Source of the DNA: Hadesarchaea archaeon
GTDB lineage: Archaea; Hadarchaeota; Hadarchaeia; Hadarchaeales; Hadarchaeaceae
Direction of reading: 5' to 3'
Assembly: GCA_029259175.1 (NCBI GenBank)
Contig: JAPDJH010000001.1
Coordinates: 185,783-249,782, forward strand
DNA length: 64,000 nt
Shown here: positions 1 to 10,519 of the stretch, one piece after another
How positions within the stretch are numbered: position 1 is the stretch's first letter
Layout: the number at the start of each line of letters is the position of its first letter
Program-made: the position numbers and the translations under genes
Notes under the pieces: generated by a model
What the model saw: the letters and a program-made list of their open reading frames with translations, nothing else
The model's database searches: none
What the model was told of the DNA's origin: nothing

Positions 1-39
1 ATATTTAAAAATTTGAGGGGGAGACGCAAAAATAGATAG

Positions 40-795
40 ATGCGACTGGGAATCGCAGAGTTCTCTCTCCCCGGACAGGGGCTGGAAGAAAAACTGCAAA
101 CAGCCGAACACAAGCGGCTATGGATAGAGGTCGCAAATGACGGGGTGCCTTGGAAGTGCTGGAGGTGGAAATCCCTCCTGCCCTCTTACCGCGTGCGGGT
201 GCGCTCCGTACAGGCCTTCTTGCAGCATCGGCTCAGCTTGTTGTCCAAATCCGAAGTGGAGCGAAAAGCCGCTCTGAATCATGTGATACAAACAATCGAG
301 TTCGCGTCATTGGTGTCCGCCAAGCACGTGGTGGTGGTCCTATGCTACGGGAAACCTGAAGTCGAGGATGCTGATGAACAGAGCGTACGTGCTTTGGGCG
401 AGATGGCGAAGGTGGCCGAGGACGCGGGAATCACCTTGGGGCTGGAACCTTTGGATCATGCGCGGACGAACTATAGACCGACGACCGAAGCGGTGTGGGA
501 AATCGTCAAGCTCGTAAACAACGATCACCTGAAACTCATGATAGATACCGGACACGCGTGGAATAACGGAGAGAACGTTGTAGAGATATTGGAAAGATTC
601 AGAGACGTGGTATCGGAGATTCACTTAAAAGATTCGGAATCAAAAGCACCCGGACTGGGAGCACTAGACTTTGAGCCGATAGTTAACGTCTGTGCTAACG
701 CCAAAGGGTTGAAATGCTTAGAGTACTGCCCCAGGTCGAATCCAACAGCCGAACTCGAAAAAGCTCTGCAGACCGTTGCAAAGCTCAAGCAGTGA
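40..795 (+). CDS. Sugar phosphate isomerase/epimerase (xylose-isomerase-like TIM barrel)
   Basis: LGLEPL, MIDTGH, EIHLKD, PGLGALDF and LEY metal-binding motifs of the AP-endonuclease-2/IolE fold. Confidence 0.8.
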   Translation: MRLGIAEFSLPGQGLEEKLQTAEHKRLWIEVANDGVPWKCWRWKSLLPSYRVRVRSVQAFLQHRLSLLSKSEVERKAALNHVIQTIEFASLVSAKHVVVVLCYGKPEVEDADEQSVRALGEMAKVAEDAGITLGLEPLDHARTNYRPTTEAVWEIVKLVNNDHLKLMIDTGHAWNNGENVVEILERFRDVVSEIHLKDSESKAPGLGALDFEPIVNVCANAKGLKCLEYCPRSNPTAELEKALQTVAKLKQ

Positions 796-1804
796 TTACA
801 ACCTTCAAACACTCTTTTGCCTCAACCACCAATCGGAATGCTTCTTGGATGCGGTCGAGAGGGAAGCGATGTGTAATGAGATCTCGAAGTGGCAGAGCGT
901 TCTTCGCCAGTAAATCCAGTGATTGCTCCAAGTCGCGCGGAGCCGCTCCGTACGAGGTGAGCAAACGGATCTCGTTGCGCCAGTACTCGGTCACGGGGAT
1001 TCTAAGCTGAACCTCGGGGGGCGGGACCGCGAAGAAAACAACCGATCCTCCGCGCTCGACACACTTCAAGGCCTGCTCCGCGGCACTAGGAGCTCCGGTG
1101 CACAAGATCACGTGATCGGCCAGACGTCCACCGTTAAGCTCGCGGAGTCCTTTTGGCACATCGGTTCGGGCGTCGAGGACTGCGTCCGCCCCGAAACGGC
1201 TCGCAGCTTGTTTGCGATACTCCGAGATATCCGTGGCGACCACCAACGAAGCCCCCTGGCGCCTAGCCAGCATCACGTGGAGCAGTCCAGAAACCCCGCT
1301 TCCCAAAACGAGAACCGAGTCCCCGGCCTGCACGCCTGAGAGTCGTTGTGCTCGAATCACACAAGCAAGTGGCTCCAACAGAGTTCCGACCTCATAGGAG
1401 ATGTGAGGTGGAAGGTGGTACACGCCGCGCTCAGCGTTGATCGCCGGCACCCGGATGTACTCGGAAAATCCTCCCGGATCGTAATTGGTGGTGTGAAGTG
1501 TTTCACAGGCCGTTTCATGACCGCGCGCACAGTAACGACAAGACCCACACGGAACGTGGTGGGAGACAAAAACACGGTCCCCCACTTTGACCCGCGAAAC
1601 GCCCTCGCCCACTTCCACTACCTCACCCGTTGCTTCGTGTCCAAGCACGCGCGGGGCCTTGGGAACTCTATACCACTCGAGCACATCACTTCCACATATC
1701 CCGCACGCGTGCATTTGCATCAAAAACTCTCCCGGGCCTATCCGTGGAACCGGGCGCTCCTCAATCCGGATATCGCGGTTGTTGTAGTATACGGCCACTC
1801 GCAT
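785..1804 (-). CDS. Zn-dependent alcohol/polyol dehydrogenase (iditol/threonine dehydrogenase family)
   Basis: CGICGSD, GHE, CxxCxxC...C structural Zn site, GSGVSG Rossmann motif; start taken at MRVAVYY. Confidence 0.9.
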   Translation of the reverse strand: MRVAVYYNNRDIRIEERPVPRIGPGEFLMQMHACGICGSDVLEWYRVPKAPRVLGHEATGEVVEVGEGVSRVKVGDRVFVSHHVPCGSCRYCARGHETACETLHTTNYDPGGFSEYIRVPAINAERGVYHLPPHISYEVGTLLEPLACVIRAQRLSGVQAGDSVLVLGSGVSGLLHVMLARRQGASLVVATDISEYRKQAASRFGADAVLDARTDVPKGLRELNGGRLADHVILCTGAPSAAEQALKCVERGGSVVFFAVPPPEVQLRIPVTEYWRNEIRLLTSYGAAPRDLEQSLDLLAKNALPLRDLITHRFPLDRIQEAFRLVVEAKECLKVVITA

Positions 1805-1852
1805 TCCGCTCAAAAACACCTTCTCATAGGAAGAATAAGAGCTTTCCAACTG

Positions 1853-2938
1853 TTAGCTTCGGATGCTCTTTGAAACTGCAAGGCCCGCAAGAGTTAACGC
1901 ACACGCAAACAAAAACACCGCTCGCATCCCGAAGAACTCAGAAATGGAGCCCCCTAACAACGGGCCAATCACCGCCGCGAGACTTATGGTCGAGCCAAGA
2001 ACCCCCGTGGACGTCGCTCGCTCTACATTTTTTTCCAGCAAGTGCAAAAGAGAGCCAACGTAGAGGGCGCTCCACGCTATTCCAAGTAGCAACTGGACTG
2101 GGATGAGCTGAAGATAGGAGAAGCTAAAATGGTACGAGGCAAACACAACAGCTGAGAGCAAGAGTCCGAGTCTTAGAAGCTGTCCACCTTCTCCGCCCCG
2201 AGCTGTTCGCCCAATCAGACCCATGAACAGAAACTGGCTGCCGGTGTTCAGAGCCATAATCAGTCCCACCCAAAAAATGCTGGCTCCGAGTTCTTCCCGC
2301 AGAAAGAGGGGGAACACGATCCACATGGCCTGAGCCCCCGTGTGCCTCAACAAATAAGAAGCGTAAACTGCCGAATTCTCGCGAACCACCGTCCAGAACG
2401 GCCGTATGCGCACCAGCGGTTCCCGAAGCTCGCGAAAACCGAGCGACAACAAGAAGCCTGTAAAGAAGAAGAGGCCTGAAACGGCAAAAGCCAAAAACCA
2501 GTCGGAGAGCAGTCCTCCAAGCAGATAACCCGTGAACCATCCGAGCGAGCCAAATCCGGCGAACCACCCAACGCGCCGCCGATACCCGGAGCGGCCCGAG
2601 ATATAGGCGAGCAAGGGAAAAGTGAACACCCCGATAGACAAACCGGCAAACCACCGGACTAAGACCATCGAAAACAGATCGTGCATGAAGACTTGGAGTG
2701 TGAATGTGAGAGCCGCCAGAGCGAAACCGGCTTGGATGAAGATCAAACGACGGCGTGTCAGATCAGAAAGGCAGCCGAAGAACGAGTAAGAAAAGAGAGA
2801 AGCGATACCATACGCCGTTCCAACTGTTCCGAGCTCTACAAAGGAAAGGCCGAGATCCCGGGCCAGCAAGGGCACGAACAGCCAAGAGAGCGATACCCCC
2901 ACATTGCCAAAAAACATTAACGAATAGGCTGTGCGCAT
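1853..2938 (-). CDS. MFS transporter
   Basis: About 12 hydrophobic segments; GCLSDLTRRR motif A; GPLLGGSISEFFG. Confidence 0.85.
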   Translation of the reverse strand: MRTAYSLMFFGNVGVSLSWLFVPLLARDLGLSFVELGTVGTAYGIASLFSYSFFGCLSDLTRRRLIFIQAGFALAALTFTLQVFMHDLFSMVLVRWFAGLSIGVFTFPLLAYISGRSGYRRRVGWFAGFGSLGWFTGYLLGGLLSDWFLAFAVSGLFFFTGFLLSLGFRELREPLVRIRPFWTVVRENSAVYASYLLRHTGAQAMWIVFPLFLREELGASIFWVGLIMALNTGSQFLFMGLIGRTARGGEGGQLLRLGLLLSAVVFASYHFSFSYLQLIPVQLLLGIAWSALYVGSLLHLLEKNVERATSTGVLGSTISLAAVIGPLLGGSISEFFGMRAVFLFACALTLAGLAVSKSIRS

Positions 2939-2984
2939 GGAGACCCTTTAACCCGTAGGACTGCGCCTTTTTAGAGTAGTTGTC

Positions 2985-3791
2985 TCAGCCAGATGTCGTG
3001 GCTCGCTTAGTCTCCTCAAAGACCTGCTGAGCCTCCTTGGGGGTCGCGTTCTCATGAATGATGGCCCGGATCGCTTTGGCCATCGCTACCGGGTAGTCGT
3101 GCTGCCAGATGTTCCGACCGAGGTTGACTCCAATCGCGCCCTTTTGAATGGCATCGTACACCCAATTGAAAACCTCGAGTTCTGAATCCACCTTCGGTCC
3201 GCCGGCGATTACAATTGGTACGGGGCACCCGTCGACCACTTTTTCGAAACCCTCCTCGCAGTAATAGGTCTTGACCACTCGCGCGCCGAGCTCTGCGGCG
3301 ATTCGGCTGGCGAGGGCAAGATAGCGGGCATCGCGTTTCTCCAGCTCCGCTCCCACGGCTGTCACGGCCATGGCCGGTATTCCGTAGTCCTCACACTCGT
3401 CCACTAAGCGGGCGAAGTTGAGTAGGGTCTGGTGTTCCCCCGGTGCCCCAACAAAGATCGACATAGACACAGCGCAGGCGTTGAGCCTTATTGCCTCTCT
3501 GACCGAGGTGATCTGACCTTCTTGGTCCAGCTCGGCGCGGCGAGCCATGCTCGTCCCGCCCGAGACCCGAAGGATAATTGGTTTGTCCACCGTGGGGTCA
3601 ATGCAGTTGCGGAGAATGCCGCGCGTCAGCATTATCGCGTCAGCATACGGTAGAAGGGGCTTGATGGTCTCACCCGGCTTCTCCAGCTTGCGGGTTGGCC
3701 CTTGGAAATACCCGTGGTCGATCGGGATGAACAGCGCTCGGCCGTCGCGCTGAATCAACTTGGAGAGCCGGTTGCGCATTCCCCAGTCCAT
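2985..3791 (-). CDS. lsrF: LsrF/DhnA-type class I aldolase/thiolase
   Basis: MDWGMRNRLS N-terminus, DHGYFQGP, AAELGARVVKTYY, IAGGPK, GRNIWQ. Confidence 0.85.
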   Translation of the reverse strand: MDWGMRNRLSKLIQRDGRALFIPIDHGYFQGPTRKLEKPGETIKPLLPYADAIMLTRGILRNCIDPTVDKPIILRVSGGTSMARRAELDQEGQITSVREAIRLNACAVSMSIFVGAPGEHQTLLNFARLVDECEDYGIPAMAVTAVGAELEKRDARYLALASRIAAELGARVVKTYYCEEGFEKVVDGCPVPIVIAGGPKVDSELEVFNWVYDAIQKGAIGVNLGRNIWQHDYPVAMAKAIRAIIHENATPKEAQQVFEETKRATTSG

Positions 3792-3918
3792 CCGGTCACC
3801 TCACGCAAGTGATTTGGCTTCCACAGTTATAAGTTTAGCCGGTGAATTTCTTACCCGCGCTAAGGTTTTCCCCTTTTGGAACGATATCGTTTAAGCCGCA
3901 GATCTTGCCGAAGCCATG

Positions 3919-4137
3919 CTATGGCTGTTGCTTGGGCCGGACGATCAGATACCCGTGATCTATGAGCCAATAGTGGAACTCGCGCGCGCTGTGTAAACAC
4001 CCCTGTTTACAGATTTCGCGGATGCGCTCGTATTCCTCCGAGCCTTTCTCTTTGGTGTCGAGCAGTCGCTGGACGGGGCACCCCACATCTCTGCAGAACT
4101 CCCGGCTGCGGTACTCCTGGTAGCCCTCGGGAATCAT
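3919..4137 (-). CDS. Small Cys/His-rich hypothetical protein
   Basis: 72 aa MIPEGYQEY...FCRDVGC...ICKQGCLH...FHYWL; probable metal binder. Confidence 0.6.
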   Translation of the reverse strand: MIPEGYQEYRSREFCRDVGCPVQRLLDTKEKGSEEYERIREICKQGCLHSAREFHYWLIDHGYLIVRPKQQP

Positions 4138-4294
4138 CGGATGAACTAACAACTCAAAAGGTAAAAAACAGTCGGAAAACTCGGATTTCAAAACCATCAG
4201 ACTGAAAGTCTCGGTGCGCGAACATCGAAAAACTGAATCGAATCCCCTTTCAGGGTAAGGATTAAAACCCATCGTTCAATGAAGAAATGATAGC

Positions 4295-4456
4295 ATGCCC
4301 GTGTGTAGCTCGTGCAACCGCGAGATCCCGCCAGCCGAAGTGGCCGTTCACTTCCCGTGCCCCAACTGCGGAGAGACAGAAATCTGGCGGTGTTCCAAGT
4401 GTCGCCAGCTGAGCAAGGAGTACACCTGCTCGGCGTGCGGGTTCACCGGCCCGTGA
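4295..4456 (+). CDS. Small Zn-ribbon protein (DUF1610/HVO_2753-like), absent from the ORF track
   Basis: Own translation [53 protein letters not shown]; four CxxC; usual archaeal position upstream of EF-1beta. Confidence 0.9.
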   Translation: MPVCSSCNREIPPAEVAVHFPCPNCGETEIWRCSKCRQLSKEYTCSACGFTGP

Positions 4457-4465
4457 GGTGAGCGA

Positions 4466-4726
4466 ATGGCAAAAGTCGCTGTCACTCTCAAATTGATGCC
4501 CGAGGGTCTGGATGTTGACCTCGGTCGCCTCGAGCAGCAGGTGCGGGAGCTCGCGGAGGTGTACTCGGTGTCGAGAGAGCCCATAGCTTTTGGACTTCAG
4601 GCTCTCAAAGTCACCGTGTTGGTGGAGGACGCCGCCGGAGCCAGCGACCAAGTGGAGGAAGCCCTGACCAAGCTCCCGGGTGTGAGCAACGTCCAAGTAG
4701 TCAGCTTAACGCGTGTGCTGGAGTGA
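4466..4726 (+). CDS. ef1b: Archaeal elongation factor 1-beta
   Basis: LKLMPE...EPIAFGLQAL...VEEAL signature; GAGGTGA RBS upstream. Confidence 0.95.
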   Translation: MAKVAVTLKLMPEGLDVDLGRLEQQVRELAEVYSVSREPIAFGLQALKVTVLVEDAAGASDQVEEALTKLPGVSNVQVVSLTRVLE

Positions 4727-4728
4727 CT

Positions 4729-5751
4729 TTAGAGCTCCCAGTACTCTCTCAGCGCATGCTTCAGTCTTTCTATCGATGGTGGTGCTTTTCGTTTTTTTGG
4801 CGCGTCAAACCGCTCCCCCTGCATGGCCTTTACCATATACGTGGCACTCTCGCCTAGAGCCTGCAAGTCATATCCGCCTTCCAACACCACGAGCACCCTA
4901 TGTTTGCACAGACGCCCAGCTACGTCACAGACCACGCCCATCATCCAGCCGTACATCTCGGAAGAAAGCAGAAGAGAGGTGAGCGGATCGCGCTGGTGCG
5001 CGTCAAATCCCGCTGACACCGCTATGAACTCCGGCTTGAACTGCTCAGCGAGGGGTACAAAAACGTCCTCTATGGCCGTCCGATACTCCGCGTCCCCGCT
5101 TTCAGGCAGCATGGGGACATTGGCCGTGAACCCTTCTCCTTCTCCCACTCCTATCTCATCCACTCTTCCCGTTCCCGGGTACAGGGGCGATTGATGAAAA
5201 GAAATGTAGAACACCTCCGGGTCCTCAAAAAAGATGTCTTGCGTGCCGTTTCCGTGATGGGCATCGAAATCCAAGATGAGCGTGCGCTTGAGACCAAACT
5301 CCTGCTGGATTTTTCGGATCGCTATCGCGATATTATTGAAGTAGCAAAACCCTCCTCCAGCGCTTCTGAGAGCGTGGTGTCCGGGTGGTCTGACAAGAGC
5401 AAAGGAGTTCTGAACCTCTCCTCTCCACGCCGCTCTCGCACCCTCGATCGCTCCTCCCGCGGAGAGCAAAGCGAGCTCATAGGTCTGCTTTCGTGTGGGC
5501 GTGTCCCCATCTATCGGGATCTCCGAGGCGCTGAGCCTTCGAACCAGCTCAACATATTCAGCGCTGTGAACCGCGCGCACATCTCCTACCTTTGCCGGCT
5601 TTGGCTGTCGGACGGGAGTGGATGGAGAATCCCAGAGTCCAGCCCTTTCCAAGCCATCGATTATCGCGTTCAGGCGTTCGGCTCTCTCCGGATGCCCCCA
5701 CCCAGTATCGTGCTCCAGATACCGGGGAGTGTAAACGAGCAAAGTCTTCAT
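4729..5751 (-). CDS. Histone deacetylase family protein
   Basis: HPERAER, RPPGHHA, GFCYFNN, DFDAHHGNGTQ, SAGFDAH, LEGGY. Confidence 0.95.
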   Translation of the reverse strand: MKTLLVYTPRYLEHDTGWGHPERAERLNAIIDGLERAGLWDSPSTPVRQPKPAKVGDVRAVHSAEYVELVRRLSASEIPIDGDTPTRKQTYELALLSAGGAIEGARAAWRGEVQNSFALVRPPGHHALRSAGGGFCYFNNIAIAIRKIQQEFGLKRTLILDFDAHHGNGTQDIFFEDPEVFYISFHQSPLYPGTGRVDEIGVGEGEGFTANVPMLPESGDAEYRTAIEDVFVPLAEQFKPEFIAVSAGFDAHQRDPLTSLLLSSEMYGWMMGVVCDVAGRLCKHRVLVVLEGGYDLQALGESATYMVKAMQGERFDAPKKRKAPPSIERLKHALREYWEL

Positions 5752-6422
5752 TTCTTCTCCTCCAGCTCCGCGCGTTTGATGAGGTAATAACCGCGGGTTC
5801 CCATCCACTGCTTTTCAGCCTCCAGAATTCTTATCTTTTTCTTGAAAATCGGACCATCGACAACAAAGGTTTCGTATTCGCCGCCTTCCCCCACAGGATT
5901 TATTTGATAGCGATGACAGATCCGCAAGAATTCTTCTACAGCGGGGGCATCAAACGTCCTGCCGAGCCAGCGCTCGTCTAAACCATGGGCTGCGACTCCG
6001 GTGATCAGAATTTCGAATCCCGAATCGACTTCCGCTTTCAGCACCTCTTCGGGCTGGCGCCCCCAGAGTGGTGCTATGGACTCCAAACCCAACTCCCTGC
6101 AGACGCTGTCGATTCTCGATTTTTGATATCGCGACGCCACCGCACCGCTGACGACCCCTTCAGCATCGGCCTCCGCGAGCGCTTGCTTGAGAATCTCCAC
6201 CTCCCGTTCCGGGTCCGTGGCGCACCTCACCTGGCGAAGGGGCAGACCCACGGCTTCCGCAAAGATTCCCACGAGCTCTGCGTTGGGCCAGTGAAACATG
6301 TATGAGTCCGGATCCACGGGCAAGAGCGCAACGATTTCTGCCACTTGATGACCCTCACGAAGCGCCTCATACAAGGCGAATGTTGAGTCCTTTCCGCCAC
6401 TGCAAAGAGCCACCACGCGCAC
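5748..6422 (-). CDS. dph6: Diphthine--ammonia ligase
   Basis: SGGKDS PP-loop, DSYMFH, GEGGEYET. Confidence 0.9.
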   Translation of the reverse strand: MRVVALCSGGKDSTFALYEALREGHQVAEIVALLPVDPDSYMFHWPNAELVGIFAEAVGLPLRQVRCATDPEREVEILKQALAEADAEGVVSGAVASRYQKSRIDSVCRELGLESIAPLWGRQPEEVLKAEVDSGFEILITGVAAHGLDERWLGRTFDAPAVEEFLRICHRYQINPVGEGGEYETFVVDGPIFKKKIRILEAEKQWMGTRGYYLIKRAELEEKK

Positions 6423-6456
6423 GGGACAAAATATCCGGGAAAGGATTTACGTTTTG

Positions 6457-8427
6457 TTATCGCTGAGTTTCGACCCCGTAATCAAAAACTGGCTCGCGGA
6501 GCATGAAGAGCCGGGCGTGAGCCGCTTGCTCTGCCAAGGGGAGCGGCAGAGACTCCAGCTCCCTCAGCACTTCAGCCGTCTGAAGGATCAACCGCTGCAA
6601 ATCACCTTCTTCCATTCCGCTCTCGTTCACGAGCTCGTTCCAAGCCATTCGGGTGCTGGCCCACTGGCTGGCAATTGCTGCAGCCGTGACCGCAGGGCTA
6701 CGCTTCCCGCCGCGAAAGGGTTCACCAAAAGCAGACGGGTCTATTCCGTACCTCCGCTCTAGTGCGTCAAGCTCGCGCGCCAAGTTGCGCAGAGGCCGGA
6801 TGTCCGGTCCCTTCAGAGCGCTGCGTGACGAACGCTCCGCAGCCATTGCTCCGGCCCACCCGGCGAGTTCCTCCGGATCGAGTTCGTCCATCAGTCCTCG
6901 GCGTATCGCCTCACAAATCAGCAGTGAGCGCTCATGCCTGACCAGCAAGGCCCACTCCCCCTGCTCTGTGGGCTCGTATTCCGCCGAGAGATAACCCAGC
7001 TCCTGGAGAAGTTCGGCTCTGGCCCTGAACTGGTAGATCAGTTCTCGTCTGAGACGTCTGCGCTGCTTTCTGCTCCGACGGCTCAGTTGATAGAGAGCTA
7101 GGCTCCGATCAACCACGGTTACTGCCTCCTGCAGATCGTGCTTGGCCAACAAGTTGAGCACCTGGTAATAGCGCACGCGAAACGCCGAGAGGAGCTCTTC
7201 TGGCTCGCTTTCCGCAAGTTCGCGCGCCAGACGGAGGTCCCGCGAAGAGAACGGCAACACGATTACGAATCCTACTTTGTCCTTTCCCCGGCGGCCAGCG
7301 CGCCCCGTCATCTGGTGGAATTCCAGTGCCGTGAGCGGTCGTCTCCCCTCGGGACCACCAACCCAAAGAGTCGGGAGCACTACTGTCCGGGCGGGAACAT
7401 CGAGACCAGCAGCCAAAGTGGTGGTCGCGAAAACTGCGCGCACCATTCCCCGTGCCAACATTCGCTCGACGGCGATTTTCCAAGCAGTGAGGTGTCCGGC
7501 GTGGTGGGGGGCCACTCCGGCGTCGATCAAAACTCCGGAGAAGTGGTGGGTTCGCAATATCGTGAACTCCTGAGCCAGTTCTCGGTAAACCCGCTCCCGT
7601 TCGTGCGCTCCAGCCACTCGAACCCCGCGAAAGCGTGATGCTGCCCAGTCGCAGTCCCTCCTTCGAGGCAGAAAAATAATCGCAGGCAACAAGTGGTGAC
7701 GCTCCAGTTGTTCCACCGTCCACACGGGATCGAATCCGCGGTGGAAAAGGCCGCGGGCCTTCCACGGATTTCTCATGCCAGAAAGGGGGAGAGGGCGTCC
7801 AAAACGGTCCATCCATCCGTAGCGTAGCGGAACTGGACGCTGATCGCTACTCACTTGGATCAGAGCGGGTCTGCTTCCTCGCACCTCCTCCATCCATCCG
7901 ACTATCTCCTCGGCGTTTGCTATGGTGGCCGAGAGGAGCAAAAGCTTGGTCCGCGGGGGCGCGAAGATGATTACCTCCTCCCACGTCACTCCGCGTTCCA
8001 GTTCTCCGATGTAGTGCGCCTCGTCCAGCACCACGAGAGCCGCGTCGACTTCCCCACTGTAGAGATGGTTACGCAAGATCTCGGTTGTCGCGACCAGTAG
8101 CGGGGCTCCAGCGTTCTCATGGCGCTCCCCCGTGAGGATTCCCACGCGGTCAGGACCAAACAGTCTGCGGAAATTGTCGTATTTCTGGTTGCTCAGAGCT
8201 TTGAGAGGGGTGGTGTACCAGCAGCGTGCGCCGCGTTCTAGCAGACGGGCAATCGCTTGTTCTGCAATCCACGTCTTGCCGCTGCCCGTGGGCGCAACGA
8301 CGACCGTGTCTCTGTGCAGGACCTCCTGAAGCGCTTGGGTCTGAAACGGCGATGGAATGAAGGGGCCGGGCTCCGCCTCACCGAGACCGCGAAGGAACTG
8401 TGCCGAGAGTTTTCCAAGTCTAGCCAT
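6457..8427 (-). CDS. Ski2/HelY-like SF2 DEAH helicase
   Basis: APTGSGKT, TTPLKALSNQK, DEAH, LSAT, HHAG, QMTGRAGRRG; C-terminal DSHCT-like EGDL. Confidence 0.9.
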   Translation of the reverse strand: MARLGKLSAQFLRGLGEAEPGPFIPSPFQTQALQEVLHRDTVVVAPTGSGKTWIAEQAIARLLERGARCWYTTPLKALSNQKYDNFRRLFGPDRVGILTGERHENAGAPLLVATTEILRNHLYSGEVDAALVVLDEAHYIGELERGVTWEEVIIFAPPRTKLLLLSATIANAEEIVGWMEEVRGSRPALIQVSSDQRPVPLRYGWMDRFGRPLPLSGMRNPWKARGLFHRGFDPVWTVEQLERHHLLPAIIFLPRRRDCDWAASRFRGVRVAGAHERERVYRELAQEFTILRTHHFSGVLIDAGVAPHHAGHLTAWKIAVERMLARGMVRAVFATTTLAAGLDVPARTVVLPTLWVGGPEGRRPLTALEFHQMTGRAGRRGKDKVGFVIVLPFSSRDLRLARELAESEPEELLSAFRVRYYQVLNLLAKHDLQEAVTVVDRSLALYQLSRRSRKQRRRLRRELIYQFRARAELLQELGYLSAEYEPTEQGEWALLVRHERSLLICEAIRRGLMDELDPEELAGWAGAMAAERSSRSALKGPDIRPLRNLARELDALERRYGIDPSAFGEPFRGGKRSPAVTAAAIASQWASTRMAWNELVNESGMEEGDLQRLILQTAEVLRELESLPLPLAEQAAHARLFMLREPVFDYGVETQR

Positions 8428-8521
8428 CTTATGTGATTTGGTGTATGTTTCCTAAAAAATCCGCAGGCGTCAGGGTTTCCCGTCAGACTTATAATTCAAA
8501 CGGTTTGGGCCAGTTCAACCT

Positions 8522-9751
8522 TCACAATCCGAAAGCTCTCAAAACACTACCCTTCAATCCCGCGAAATACAAAATACAGGGAACCATGATCACGCCCATG
8601 CAGTGCGTCCGTTTAACATGTACAAATCCCGGAAGCATGCCGATGGCCGTCGCGGTACCGAACACCAGCAGACCGAGGGGTCCAGAATAGAAGAACACGA
8701 GAGCAGTAACCAAACACAGAACCGCCGAGCACAGGACTCGATAGGGCACGTTTTCGATGCGCACCGCAATAACTCTTGCCAGCCGGAGGGTGAGCACCGC
8801 CGCCATGCCGCCGACCATAAGGGCTACACCCACCAGAAACAGTAGCTCCCTGAGATCCACATCTATCAGCTGGCCCACGGCGACAGCTGCACCACTTCGT
8901 GCGCGACCGATGGCGTAGAGAGCCACAAAAGAAAAAAGGGCTTTAGACGTGTTCACGGAGCTTACCGCTGTCAGGAACTCTTCCGTGCCACTGGATCCCG
9001 TTGCCAGTTGCGCGAGTATCGTGCCCTGCGAGGGGCCTATCCCGGGGATCACCCCCGTGATCGCTCCCGCAGTGGTGCCGGCGATGAGTGGCCGAATGGC
9101 CTCGCCGGTGGAGAAATCCTCGCTCCCCGTGTATTGCTCTGGCAGAACGCTCCCCGAGAGAATGCTTGGAAGCAACACGCTTGCACCGAAAAGTCCCGAA
9201 AGCAGCGGCATGAGCGCCACATCGCCACTCATGAGTCCGGTGTCCAAAGTGAAGAGACCCAGCAAGCCGGAGAGGAAAAAGATGAGCAGAGCCCACCCGA
9301 TTCTGACGGGCGTCCGCTCCAACACGATCATAGTCGCTATCACTGCGGACAACAACCAATGCATCCCGGGACGGATCAGGTTGTAAGCAGGCCCCACAAG
9401 CAACAAAAATGGTAGAAGCAGGGCTGCGCTAAGCATCAGTCCTCCCAAGCAGCCCCAGGTGGTGAGCCTCACAGCGTGGACACCGCGTCCTTCGAGCAGC
9501 AAACGATGGGCCGGGAGAACCGAGAGTTCTGTTCCTTCCTCCGGCACGCCGAGAAAAGTGGAGGGAATATAGCTGACAAACACGTTTGTTATCGACATGG
9601 CGACTATGAGCGCCGCAAAATCAGTGGATCCCGATCCGCCAGCCAGCAGAACAAACATTGGGGTCAAATTGTTGACGTGGAGCCCGGGGATGAGGCCCGT
9701 TACTACTCCGAGCCCCACGCCGACGAGGGAGCAAAGCAGAAACTGTAGCAT
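8522..9751 (-). CDS. TctA-like (DUF112) membrane protein
   Basis: TGLIPGLHVN, PSTFLGVP, LSVLPAH, many TM helices. Confidence 0.8.
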   Translation of the reverse strand: MLQFLLCSLVGVGLGVVTGLIPGLHVNNLTPMFVLLAGGSGSTDFAALIVAMSITNVFVSYIPSTFLGVPEEGTELSVLPAHRLLLEGRGVHAVRLTTWGCLGGLMLSAALLLPFLLLVGPAYNLIRPGMHWLLSAVIATMIVLERTPVRIGWALLIFFLSGLLGLFTLDTGLMSGDVALMPLLSGLFGASVLLPSILSGSVLPEQYTGSEDFSTGEAIRPLIAGTTAGAITGVIPGIGPSQGTILAQLATGSSGTEEFLTAVSSVNTSKALFSFVALYAIGRARSGAAVAVGQLIDVDLRELLFLVGVALMVGGMAAVLTLRLARVIAVRIENVPYRVLCSAVLCLVTALVFFYSGPLGLLVFGTATAIGMLPGFVHVKRTHCMGVIMVPCILYFAGLKGSVLRAFGL

Positions 9752-9752
9752 T

Positions 9753-10421
9753 TCAGGCGCCTTCCACTGTCTGCACGCATCCAGGACTGGTTATGCGAAG
9801 CTCGGGAACACCGTTGTACAGCTGGAGCCATCCGCTCGCTCTCACCATGTCGCCCACATCCACGGGAGGAAAACCGTTGCCGGCGATCCATCCCGGCACG
9901 AAGACCGTCAAGCGTGCCGTGCCTTCTCCGAGCGTGAGCAGCAAGTGCCCGGAGCCCACTATATCGCGCTCCACAACCACGCCCTGAACCTTCACGGGAC
10001 TGCCCACGTTGTCTGCTGACACCTCGGAGACGGATACGGGAGCCGTGTGAACCACGCGGACATCCGCTGGCTCGGAGGGAACCACCTCGAGATCCTCCCG
10101 GTAGAGCTTCACTTCACCGCGCACTTGAACAAAGTCTAGCAATTCTACCGGATCTTCCAATGCACTTCTGATACGATTGAATATGGGAACGCTCACGACA
10201 CCACCGGAGTTGTCCTGAAGTTTGAGAAAGAGGTGTCCATCATCGGTCGTGCGGAGATCCACGACTTGTCCGGATATCACCACTCGAGTGCCGACAAAAT
10301 CGTTGTCGAGGGCAGCTATCGGTGTCAATCGGGGGCGGACGGAGAGCCCGGCGCCGTACACGGCTGCGAGGCCTACCAGAGAGCACACCAAGCTAAGGCG
10401 AATCATGACGTGGTCATTCAT
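9753..10421 (-). CDS. Membrane-anchored tandem OB-fold protein
   Basis: N-terminal TM; two OB repeats (GHLFLKLQD...GEVKLYREDLEV and GHLLLTL...GWLQLYNGVPEL). Confidence 0.75.
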   Translation of the reverse strand: MNDHVMIRLSLVCSLVGLAAVYGAGLSVRPRLTPIAALDNDFVGTRVVISGQVVDLRTTDDGHLFLKLQDNSGGVVSVPIFNRIRSALEDPVELLDFVQVRGEVKLYREDLEVVPSEPADVRVVHTAPVSVSEVSADNVGSPVKVQGVVVERDIVGSGHLLLTLGEGTARLTVFVPGWIAGNGFPPVDVGDMVRASGWLQLYNGVPELRITSPGCVQTVEGA

Positions 10422-10519
10422 CGAACCCGCTACCGTTTTGAGATGAAGGTTGCTTATAAAGCGGAAAAAAGGCTCAATCGATGCCTCTATAAATTGTGGA
10501 GTGCAAGTTCATCGGTTCC

